From positions 758,405-822,404 of the forward strand of contig NW_003314265.1 of the NCBI RefSeq assembly GCF_000143415.4: a DNA stretch of 64,000 bases, given 5' to 3'. The notes beneath the pieces were generated by a model. It did no database searches and was not told where the DNA came from. It saw only the letters and a program-made list of their open reading frames with translations. Positions within the stretch are counted from its first letter, which is position 1; every line of letters starts with the position of its first letter. Shown here in pieces: positions 37,218 to 47,407 of this stretch. The position numbers were made by a program, and so were the translations under genes. The DNA is from Selaginella moellendorffii (Eukaryota > Plantae > Lycopodiophyta).

Positions 37218-37910
37218 TCAATGGTGGACGCTCTCCACACGGATTGGAGAGAAGTAACCATTCCCAGTGATATGGGAGAGGATCTCTTGGATCGTGTTGT
37301 TTGTCTTCTTCACGCAGTTCTGGGTATGGATTTCCTTGGACATCTCCCGGATCATGCGCACTTTCATCCCATCAAACTTGTACTTGAATAGCGTGCAAAA
37401 GTTTCCGCCTTCTTTGATTTGAACCCCATACCAGACTTTATCTCCCCTAGATCTTCTAGAATTGCACAGATCCTCAAGGCGCCTCATCATGTGGCATCGC
37501 GTTCCGCCAATCACCACCAAGAGCTGGGCGTTCCTCTTGTCATGATCGTCGCAATCTCTTCTCTCCTGGACGCAGTAGAGCTCCTGGGTGAGGAGCGTGT
37601 AAAGCTCTTGAGCTCCAGCGCAGTGGAGGTAGTCCGGTGTCAGTAGCTTGGATGTCGGTCGCGGCCAGAAGTCATGGAAATCTTGATGCCAAGTGATATC
37701 TAACCCATCAATGTTACATGCTACCTGATTTTTCTTCGGGATGCCCACTACTTCCTGGAGGCGCTTTCTCTTTGGGGCCCCGGCCGCTTGTCCCTCCTCC
37801 TCTCGCTGCCTCTTCGTGTTCTTTCCCTTCCTGATCGCGTCGCTGTTACCTTTGGCGCTCTCCATCGCTGCCACGCTATAAGCTTTGGCCTTCTTGTCCA
37901 CGCTCTCCAT
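37218..37910 (-). CDS. Orphan 230-aa single-exon protein with a basic NLS-like N-terminus
   Basis: Open 693-nt ORF with TATA-like ATATAAATA just upstream on the minus strand (~37944-37952). A disrupted paralog at ~48824-49448 contrasts with this intact frame. Confidence 0.65.
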   Translation of the reverse strand: MESVDKKAKAYSVAAMESAKGNSDAIRKGKNTKRQREEEGQAAGAPKRKRLQEVVGIPKKNQVACNIDGLDITWHQDFHDFWPRPTSKLLTPDYLHCAGAQELYTLLTQELYCVQERRDCDDHDKRNAQLLVVIGGTRCHMMRRLEDLCNSRRSRGDKVWYGVQIKEGGNFCTLFKYKFDGMKVRMIREMSKEIHTQNCVKKTNNTIQEILSHITGNGYFSPIRVESVHH

Positions 37911-38029
37911 CGCTGATAATCCTTTTCGTCAAACCTAAGGGTCTATTTATATGGAACAAGAAAAGGCAATTCACGGAACCCACGGTTTAAGCCTTTTCAA
38001 GAAATTATGAGATAAAACTCACCAAGAAG

Positions 38030-38955
38030 GTGGCCTTGAGAAAAGAAAGACAGCAGCACTTGCAAGGGCTTGCCTTCCTTGTCTGTGAGAGCTTCATAAG
38101 CAGCTTGGATCCTCGAGGTTATGAGACATGACCTTCTAATTTGTTGGCCATTGATCTCTATGACCTGGATCATCAGGAATTTTGCAAATTCACAGATGAA
38201 AATGATATGGAAAGCTAGTAAATACCAGTGTGAGCTCTCCCATTGTTCCCGTTGTCCACACCTATAGCATTGGAAGAATGTTCCATCTAGATGATACCTC
38301 ATCTGCTGTGTGAAACTCTGTTAATGAAGATGTTATGGTCAGCAGTAATCTGGCAGAGGGTGTCAAAACACGTCCCTTTTTCACCATGAACTGTCAAACA
38401 GGAGAAATGATATAAATCTAGATTCACAAATCGGTTTGCCATCTTAAATATTTTTGTCTTTGTCCTTCTTTGCCACTTTGGCAGCCCTTGAGTCTGCTAT
38501 GCTGAAAGACAAATCATTGAAAAGGACATCACAGAGAAAACAGCTTTGCTTAAGTTTCTGAAGTATCTTGTTTATGGGCTAATAGCTTTCAGCCGAAGAG
38601 AATCAGGGGTAAATATTTCTGGTGCTGCCGCTGCCCAGCACTGGAGCATGGAGTTCCTGGATGCTGGAAATTCGCGTCGAGGCCTTGATCCGGGCCGCCA
38701 GTACCACGACTTGGTCGTAAACGAAATTGCCATCTCTCGGGCAGCGGCATCGCCAACAAGAGCTCCATTCCATCCCCTTCCCGTGTGGCAGCATGAGGAT
38801 TCCCTGTCCCAATGTTGCATTGATCCAGTCGTTGGCCATGCAACCTGTTGGGAACTTCCCCTTGAAAACAGCAATCAAATCAAATTGTTATGGTGAATTT
38901 TCAAATTTATGAATTGTTTACAACAAGGGACACAATATAAGTTAAAAACCAAAAA
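38030..38955 (-). pseudogene. Degenerate copy of the 3' exons of the BCAT-like aminotransferase gene
   Basis: Aligns by eye with 49600-50415 ([28 protein letters not shown]) but carries deletions and a foreign insert. Homology resumes at ~47475-47580. Confidence 0.85.
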
Positions 38956-39927
38956 TGACACAAATGTGATTATGGGTATCAAAGGTTAATTGTATATAAA
39001 GCCTTTTTTAGATTTTTTTTTTTTACTGTTACAATGGCAAAAGATCAATATTATTTAACCCTTTATTATTTTCTGCCTAAACTAGTTTTAAACTGGTCTT
39101 CATGTGCATTTGGTTAGAAGAGTATAAGAATAAAATTCTTAAATGCTATTAGTCAAGCATATTTAATTTGGTTAGAAGAATTCATATTTTAATTTGCACT
39201 TGCTAGTGTTGGGAACCTTTATGATATTAAGTGTGATCTCTCAATAATAACTAAAGACACTTTTACTATAATTCCTTTATATGTTAGTTCATCTCAGTCT
39301 TATTAGTTATTTATGGAAAAGATCTAGATTTGTTAGTTAGGTGGAATGTAGAGATTAAACATGGTAGAGTTGTTCTCACATCTAAATTTATAAATTAATA
39401 TCATTTCATATTTAATAAGTTTTCATGATTGAATTGGAAGCCCAAAACGTGCAGGGGTTCTAAATATATAATAGAGATAGTAGGTAAATTAAATATACTC
39501 GACCAACTTGAAGCATAGTCTAGCTTCTGCTTATGTTTGTCCTCGTTTTGAGTCTGACTTAAATTTAACCCTAAACTCCATACCATATTAACTGATAAAA
39601 TGTATGTATCCTCACAATAACCCACCAATATACCAAAATAACACTAAATTTCATTTAGTTTTGTTTTGTCTTGGCATTAAAATGTTAGATACTTTAAAAC
39701 TATTCTAATATCACTTTGTGCTTCTATTCTTCTGAGTAAGTTGACGTGAAACATATAATGCATCTTCTCTATCTCATAAGAAAGTTTGAGACAGTAAGCC
39801 ACTTTATTGATTCATCTTTGGGTTGAACATTTAGGAGTCATTTTAACTTTTTTACTCATTAGCTGTATATTTGAGATTTGGGCTCCATTTCTTTATTTAA
39901 TAACCTAAAGCCTTAAACTTTGGTTCC

Positions 39928-41652
39928 TGTGAGACACAAAATCCCTAGGCCCCAAAGTAGAGCCGGAGGGGTGCCACGTGGTAGTGGCCGAAGTGAAAAC
40001 CAAACGAGCGTAACACGTTTGGACTAAAAGCTCTGCCTTGAAAGGTCGAGAGCGGGAGTGGAACCCCTAACAAAGTGCTTGAGGAATGAGCACAAAGCGA
40101 ACCATAAGCGAGGCTCCAAAAAGGGACCCAAAAAGGACTAACACATGACACGTGGAAGTGTCCGAGATGGACCCGAGTTGGAGTCCGAAGTGGAGTCTGA
40201 GAAGGACCCGAGATGAACCCAAGATGAACCCGAGATGGAGTCCGAGATGGAGTTCGAGATGGACCCGAGATGGAGTCCGAGATGGATTCCGAAATGGAGT
40301 CCGAGATGGACCCGAGATGGAGTCCGAGATGGACCCGAGATGGACCCGAGATGGAGTCCGAGATGGACCCAAGATGGAGTCCGAGATGGAGTCTGAGATG
40401 GACCCGAGATGGAGTCCAAGATGGAGTCCGAGATGGAGTCCGAGATGGACCCGAGATGGAGTCCGAGATGGACCTGAGATGGAGTCCGAGATGGACCCGA
40501 GATGGAGTCCGAAGTCGAGACCGAGACCGGGACCAAGACCGGGACCGAGACCGAGACCGAGATCGGGACCGAGACCAAGACCAAGGCCGAGGCCGAGACC
40601 GAGTCCGAGCCCGAGTCCGAGTCCGAGTCCGAGTCCGAGTCCGAGTTTGAGTCTGCGAGGGTGAAAGCCCAAAGCGTTCGTTTCCCAGACCCTGGGGGGT
40701 TTGGTGAGCTCCAAAAGTATAGTGGGGGGGAGGACTGCAGTGGAGCCAGTTTGGCCAGGAAAGGCCAGTTTGGCCCAGGAAGGCCGGACCCAGTGTTGGG
40801 TGATGAGCTGCCCACTGGGAAGTCCAAGACTAGAGTGAACACGGACCGACAAGCGGGGTAACTTGGTGAAGTGTTCAAGAGCCGGCTCTAGTTCCCCCGG
40901 GAGATCGACTGGCCGATGCTCCCAGTCCAAGTGTGGGTGGCACTACCTACTTGGATACCTGTCGTGGCTCAACAAAACCTCGCTCTAAGCCCATGGCTAG
41001 AGCACCTAAAGGCGAAAGGCGGGGAGAGTACCCATGAGGCTTGCGTAAGGCCACGGTGTTCCGAAATGTTGTCCCAAAGTCCCAAACGGTGAAAGGGAAG
41101 AGGAGTAGGCCTCTAATGCAGTGACCAAGGATACGGTCACATGGTGAGGAAGTCCCAAAGGATAGTGGGACTTAGCGGTCAGGCCTGCGGGCCTTGATCC
41201 AGTGGCAGTGTTGGCGAACACGGCCATAAACTAAAAGGGACTTGGTGGGGACTGGAAAAGAGTTGTCGGGGAAGGCTATTCCCCATGTCTGCGGGCATCC
41301 TAAGGATGCTAAGGAGTAGATCTGGGATGATCGCTCATGGACGGACGGCCCAGTTTTTGAGAGACGGGATTATGATGCAGGTGGTGTTAGACCACCGGTG
41401 TGACCAAGGTGAATGGGCATGGCCTAGCATAATGGGCTGGTATGTCGGTGGTACCTTAGGGTGTCGGTCATGGGATCGGACACATGGAGCACTTGGACCA
41501 AGTGCAAAGGTTGAGTGGCATGGATGCCATTCTCAGGGCTGGCAAACCCCAAGTCCTAACTGGGACTTATGGAGGTTGTGAATGAGACTCCTCCAAGTGG
41601 TCGAAGGTGCAGTTAAGTGACTAAAGTAAAATGGAAAAATTAGTCGCTTACA
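39928..41652 (+). repeat. 5' LTR (1725 bp)
   Basis: TGTGAGAC...GCTTACA; direct repeat of 45713-47407. Confidence 0.96.
40164..40645 (+). repeat. LTR minisatellite: 30 units of GAGATGGACCC/GAGATGGAGTCC, then GAGACC/GAGTCC hexamers
   Basis: Parsed directly; the 11/12-mer array spans 40164-40510. Confidence 0.95.
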
Positions 41653-41655
41653 ATT

Positions 41656-41667
41656 TGGTATCGGAGC
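41656..41667 (+). promoter_or_regulatory. Primer binding site complementary to tRNA-iMet
   Basis: TGGTATCGGAGC (consensus TGGTATCAGAGC) 3 nt after the 5' LTR. Confidence 0.9.
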
Positions 41668-44133
41668 TGTTCTTTAGTCCGACTTTTATTGGTGCTCAAG
41701 TATATCACCATTGATGTTGGCATCGGAAGGTCCTAGGAGTGGGTCTATCCTGGAGAAGTAGCATGTCGAGAGGACATGGCTCTCCACTCAAGTTCATGCG
41801 TGAACTTGGGCACAATGTGGTGGATAGAAAAGGGTCAATAATGGAACGACTTTGGGATCTTGAGAACAGTATAAGGTCTCCTCAGAGAGTTGAGGATGTG
41901 ATCCAAATGAGCGTTTGACGCAGCAAACGGGCTAACGTAGTTGTGATAAATAACTATAGTTGGGATCACGGGAAATATGTAGACTCCAAAACAATAAAGG
42001 AGTCACAAGATTATCCTCATATAGTTAAGGTTGGTGCTCCTGAATGTGAGACCAGAGGTAATGACCGTGGCAGGTCAAATACGGAAGAGGACTCAAGTCC
42101 TTGAAATGGTAGCCGGGGCTACCTTTAATAAATGCTGGAACAACCCAAGGAGTTGGGGGGTGTACTTAGAGATGAGTTGGTATTCTCATCACATGGACAA
42201 GTAGTCATAAGGGGCAAAGGTTGCCCCCAGAGAACAAAATCAAGTGTCAGAGTAACACTTGTGAAAATAGTCCTTTTGAGTAGGACAGGAATGCAAGAAG
42301 TGTATTCTAGTGAGCTAGTGCCTCACAAGTAAGACCTTACAGGTCTGTGGATTAACCAAGTCTAAAACTGTTGGATGACTCAAGTAGAGTCAAGGGATGG
42401 TCCTAAAAGGACTGATGGAAGCATTTGGACTGAAGTGTGTTGTACCCCACGAAGGATGGGGGGGGATCATAGGATCCAAGGATAAGAACAGAGGGTATCT
42501 CATCGATGGCAAAATGTGCCATGCTAAAGTTGTGGGAAAGGTGTTCCCAAAAAGAAAACAACTTTGACACAAAGTTGTGTGTGACCTCTATGGTGCAGTG
42601 CTAACGGATGGTTGGCATGAGAAAGAGTGGTATTGGTCTTGGCAAAGACTTAGACACAAAGAAGAAGTGTCCTAAAGGTAGGCTCGTGGAGCTGATGGTG
42701 TGGAGACACCAAATGTGCCAAGGTGTGATACCTTGAGGCTATGTTGGGTTCATGAGAACCCCTTGCCAAAGGAATCCCAATAGAAATGGGAATGGCATAG
42801 CCTAAGCTGCAGAGCATGCAATTGGAGTGTGGTGACCCAGATAATGATGGAGGTGTGGAAGCACCAGCAATGAGTTGTAGGACTTGACAACTACAAGGCA
42901 ACTAAGCAAGAGGTGCAAAATAATTGGTTAAACGGGTAGAAGGTAGCTACCCAAGCCTTCTTAATGGCATAGGGAAGTGGATATACCCTTACGGGGGATA
43001 AGTTGCTTATGTTGCGATATAGTAAGTCAATGCCATAAAAGGAAATATTTATTGTCAAGGAAGCCATCATTGGGACCCCCAAACACTCTAGAACACCAGG
43101 AGGTGGTGTTTGATGTCGCGAGGGCAGTAAATAAGGCCCAAGGGACTAAGTCCCTAGCGAATAATGGATAATAGGTGCTATCCAAATGTCCAAAGTGGTG
43201 GAGACAGGAGAAGACTGTCTACTCGAATTGGACAAAGCCAAAAATGAAATTTTGGCAAGGCTAGTAATGGGCATGCAAAGGCCCGTAAGCAACAACGTAA
43301 TCCCGGTGGGTGGGATTATAGGGTGAGCATACCTGGATTGAGGAACCACTCCCTAGGCTATCGGGTAGGTTCATCCCTAAGAATACTTGCTAAGGCATGG
43401 TAGAAAGTGCAGAGCTATCCTCCTGGTCTGGAGGAGAATGACCGAAGGAAAAGTATGAAGCCAAAAGCAAGAAGTAAGGGGATAGAACCGAACCATAGGA
43501 ATCGGAGGGCATAACCAAGGTTGGTTATGCCAGTTGAGAGAGGAGAATCAAGTGGGGGCTCGAGGGTGTTGCCGCTAGCAACCGTGATGCCATGGAGAGT
43601 CTAAAATATGGAATTGTCCATGTTAGACTATATGGTAATTGGGAAGCTTGCAAAAAGGGAGGCCTTAGCAAGCTAAAAGACAGAGTTCCTTCAAGGTTCC
43701 CAAAGAGGATTCTAGGTAGCTTAGTACCTAGAAAGGCCAAGCGTAAATGGTTCAAGGAACGCGCGAAATTAGAGTGGCGCAGCAGAAGCATAGTCTTGAA
43801 GCTTGCCATGAGGCAAGGCTATCAAGGTTAGGGAAGTAGTTCCCGAGTGTTCAAAGAGAGGGCTTTGAACGAAAGTCGATGATCAAGGGCTTTCACGCTT
43901 GTGCAAGAACCATGTTACAGTGGTCAGAGGACTTGCCAAAGCGAGATTGGCAAGTCAGGGGAACAAATACCCTAGTTGAAGGTGATAACTTCAAAAAGGG
44001 TGGGCCATGGGGCCAAGCATGGAGGAGTCCATGCATGATCACGGGCTTGTCAAGTGAGAGGACTTGGCAGTGGGGAGGAACTAAGTTCCTAAGCTATGAT
44101 CTATAGCGCGCTTTGAGTATAAGTTGGTGCACC

Positions 44134-44620
44134 GGCGTGAGAAGTCACGCCAGGCATCCTGGGTGATGCCGTCCGTAGATGCATATACGGAGGTTGGGTT
44201 CGAGTCCCGACCCTCTAGTGCTTGGGTTCGAATCCCAAATCACTAGGGCGTGGTGATGGTTTGGAATATGAGGACACTTATATTTCGGTGGTCATGGACT
44301 CTCAGTGTGGAGACTGGTTTGGGCACACTGCCAAGCGAGGGATGCCTCGGAGTCGTGATGCACGGTTAGATTGCTTAGTGTGAAAGCTTGGCATATCTAA
44401 CTTGAACGCTTTGGTGCAAGTGGCACCAAGGATGTGGTGAGTGAGATGGGGACACCTAATCTCAATTGCTATGAACCCTTGGCCATAAGGGCTGGCTTGG
44501 GTGCACCGCCAAGTGTGGGGGATGCCCCCGGGGTTATAGTTAACAATTAGAAGGTCTAGAAGACTAAGTACCTCTTGGCAACTCTGTTAAGGTGCCAAGG
44601 TGAGATCACTAGGTGATCGT
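44134..44620 (+). other. Densely structured non-coding segment inside the LTR element (hairpin array plus two cloverleaf-like repeats)
   Basis: At least 10 adjacent stem-loops, two TTCGA(G/A)T T-loops, and covarying stems between repeat copies (see findings). Confidence 0.65.
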
Positions 44621-45712
44621 ATGGCCAAATAAGGACAAGGTCCTTGGTTGGCTAAGGAATGAAGTTCCTAGTTCAAAATGTTGAAATTGAACTCTTTAAG
44701 GTGGTGTGGCTTGGTCATGATGACCAAGTGGGAAGAGCACCTGAGGGAAATAAACTATGTCCGTGCGATGGCATAGTGAGTCCAAGGAAAGTAATCTCTA
44801 TAAAAGACCCATGGGAGGGTCACGAAGTTAGGCCGTGGATAAAGCCCATAGCAGAAGATGCTAAAGAGACGTACTAGGGGTGAACATCCTCCGGACTTGG
44901 CAAAGAAGAGCCTTTGCTATGGAACCGAAAGGATACCTCAAAAATGGAGGTAGCGATCCTATGTTGCTGGGTGCAACAATTAAGGATAGGAGCAAAGGAC
45001 TAGTGGCCAAATTTGGGCCATGAAATTTAATGGAAGGGATCCAAATGGCAAAGTTAGCCAAGGAACACTAATGTGTTTGTTGCTAACAGCTTGTGGGAAA
45101 GGAAGTGGACTTCCAAGGATGGATTCCTAAGTGTTCCAATTTGGTGAAGTAAAAGCTCACGGTGAGGGAGCGGCAAAGTAGCCAAAAGATAGGGCCATGG
45201 ACAGCCCTAGCACACAATATGATAACTGGAACTCAGTGCCCAAAGGTGGCATGAAATCGAACAGAGGATGATGGTGCCCTCAAGTGGAGAACTTCCTAGG
45301 ATGAGGAAGTGGAGTTGCACAATATGTGCAATGCAAGGTGTCGGAGACACCTAGGAAATTGACTTCGAGAAGTCAGAATTGAAAGTTCCAAAGTGCAAGG
45401 GTTATAGTGTTGGAAAGTGAGACCACTTGAGAACGTGTAGTGGGATTGAGTTAGAGAAGGTGTCTCTAACAGGTTTAGTGAGAACTAAACCAATAAAAGG
45501 AGAGAACCACCACAAGTGGTCAAATGAGCCTCTAAGTTGGAGAGGCTATGCTCCTTAGAGGATGGACAAGGCATAGTGAGCCTTTGGTGTCAAACCATAG
45601 ACAGATATTGGCTGGGTGCCAAGGATGGAAATGGTAACACATGCGGGTGTTACTTTATGAAAGGGTTTACCATTCGATGAGGACATCAAACTTCGTCTAT
45701 GGGTGGTGGAGT

Positions 45713-47407
45713 TGTGAGACACAAAATCCCTAGGCCCCAAAGTAGAGCCGGAGGGGCGCCACGTGGTAGTGGCCGAAGTGAAAGCCAAACGAGCGTAACA
45801 CGTTTGGACTAAAAGCTCTGCCTTGAAAGGTCGAGAGCGGGAGTGGAACCCCTAACAAAGTGCTTGAGGAATGAACACGAAGCGAGCCATAAGCGAGGCT
45901 CCAAAAAGGGACCCAAAAAGGACTAACACATGACACGTGGAAGTGTCCGAGATGGACCCGAGTTGGAGTCTGAAGTGGAGTCCGAAGTGGAGTCCGAGAA
46001 GGACCCGAGATGGACCCAAGATGGACCCGAGATGGAGTCCGAGATGGAGTTCGAGATGGACCCAAGATGGAGTCCGAGATGGAGTCCAAAATGGAGTCCG
46101 AGATGGACCCGAGATGGACCCGAGATGGACCCGAGATGGAGTCCGAGATGGACCCGAGATGGACCCGAGATAGAGTCCGAGATGGACCCAAGATGGAGTC
46201 CGAGATGGAGTCCGAGATGGACCCGAGATGGAGTCCGAGATGGACCCGAGATGGAGTCCGAAGTCGAGACCGAGACCGGGACCAAGACCGGGACCGAGAC
46301 CGAGACCGAGATCGGGACCGAGACCAAGACCAAGGCCGAGGCCGAGACCGAGTCCGAGCCCGAGTCCGAGTCCGAGTCCGAGTCCGAGTCCGAGTCCGAG
46401 TTTGAGTCTGCGAGGGTGAAAGCCCAAAGCGTTCGTTTCCCAGACCCTGGGGGGTTTGGTGAGCTCCAAAAGTATAGTGGGGGGGAGGACTGCAGTGGAG
46501 CCAGTTTGGCCAGGAAAGGCCAGTTTGGCCCAGGAAGGCCGGACCCAGTGTTGGGTGATGAGCTGCCCACTGGGAAGTCCAAGACTAGAGTGAACACGGA
46601 CCGACAAGCGGGGTAACTTGGTGAAGTGTTCAAGAGCCGGCTCTAGTTCCCCCGGGAGATCGACTGGCCGATGCTCCCAGTCCAAGTGTGGGTGGCACTA
46701 CCTACTTGGATACCTATCGTGGCTCAACAGAACCTCGCTCTAAGCCCATGGCTAGAGCACCTAAAGGCGAAAGGCGAGGAGAGTACCCATGAGGCTTGCG
46801 TAAGGCCACGGTGTTCCGAAATGTTGTCCCAAAGTCCCAAACGGTGAAAGGGAAGAGGAGTAGGCCTCTAATGCAGTGACCAAGGATACGGTCACATGGT
46901 GAGGAAGTCCCAAAGGATAGTGGGACTTAGCGGTCAGGCCTGCGGGCCTTGATCCAGTGGCAGTGTTGGCGAACACGGCCATAAACTAAAAGGGACTTGG
47001 TGGGGACTGGAAAAGAGTTGTCGGGGAAGGCTATTCCCCATGTCTGCGGGCATCCTAAGGATGCTAAGGAGTAGATCTGGGATGATCGCTCATGGACGGA
47101 CGGCCCAGTTTTTGAGAGACGGGATTATGATGCAAGTGGCGTTAGACCACTGGTGTGACCAAGGTGAATGGGCATGGCCTAGTGTAACGGGCTGATATGT
47201 CGGTGGTACCTTAGGGTGTCGGTCATGGGATCAGACACATGGAACACTTGGACCAAGTGCAAAGGTTGAGTGGCATGGATGCCATTCTCAGGGCTGGCAA
47301 ACCCCAAGTCCTAACTGGGACTTATGGAGGTTGTGAATGAGACTCCTCCAAGTGGTCGGAGGTGCAGTTAAGTGACTAAAGTAAAATGGAAAAATTAGTC
47401 ACTTACA
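45713..47407 (+). repeat. 3' LTR (1695 bp)
   Basis: TGTGAGAC...ACTTACA followed by the TSD GTTCC. Confidence 0.96.
45949..46400 (+). repeat. LTR minisatellite, 27 units plus hexamer tract
   Basis: The 11/12-mer array spans 45949-46259. Confidence 0.95.

Larger units (their letters stand above)
39928..47407 (+). mobile_element. Complete non-autonomous LTR retroelement (LARD-like, probably Ty3/Gypsy-derived), 7480 bp
   Basis: TG..CA LTRs at 39928-41652 and 45713-47407; TSD GTTCC at 39923-39927 and 47408-47412; PBS TGGTATCGGAGC at 41656-41667; purine-rich tract ATGGGTGGTGGAG before the 3' LTR. No internal ORF reaches 100 aa. Confidence 0.96.

Noticed and set aside
40164-40510. CRISPR-like array
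   Set aside because: Head-to-tail 11/12-bp units with no unique spacers and no cas genes, in a eukaryotic LTR.
40067-40930. Long ORFs (287, 246 and 170 aa; copies at 45852-46685) in the LTRs
   Set aside because: They are by-products of stop-free minisatellites: open in several frames, low complexity, no protein motifs.
44192-44248. tRNA genes
   Set aside because: Only T-arm-like hairpins without the rest of the cloverleaf; reported as a structured element instead.
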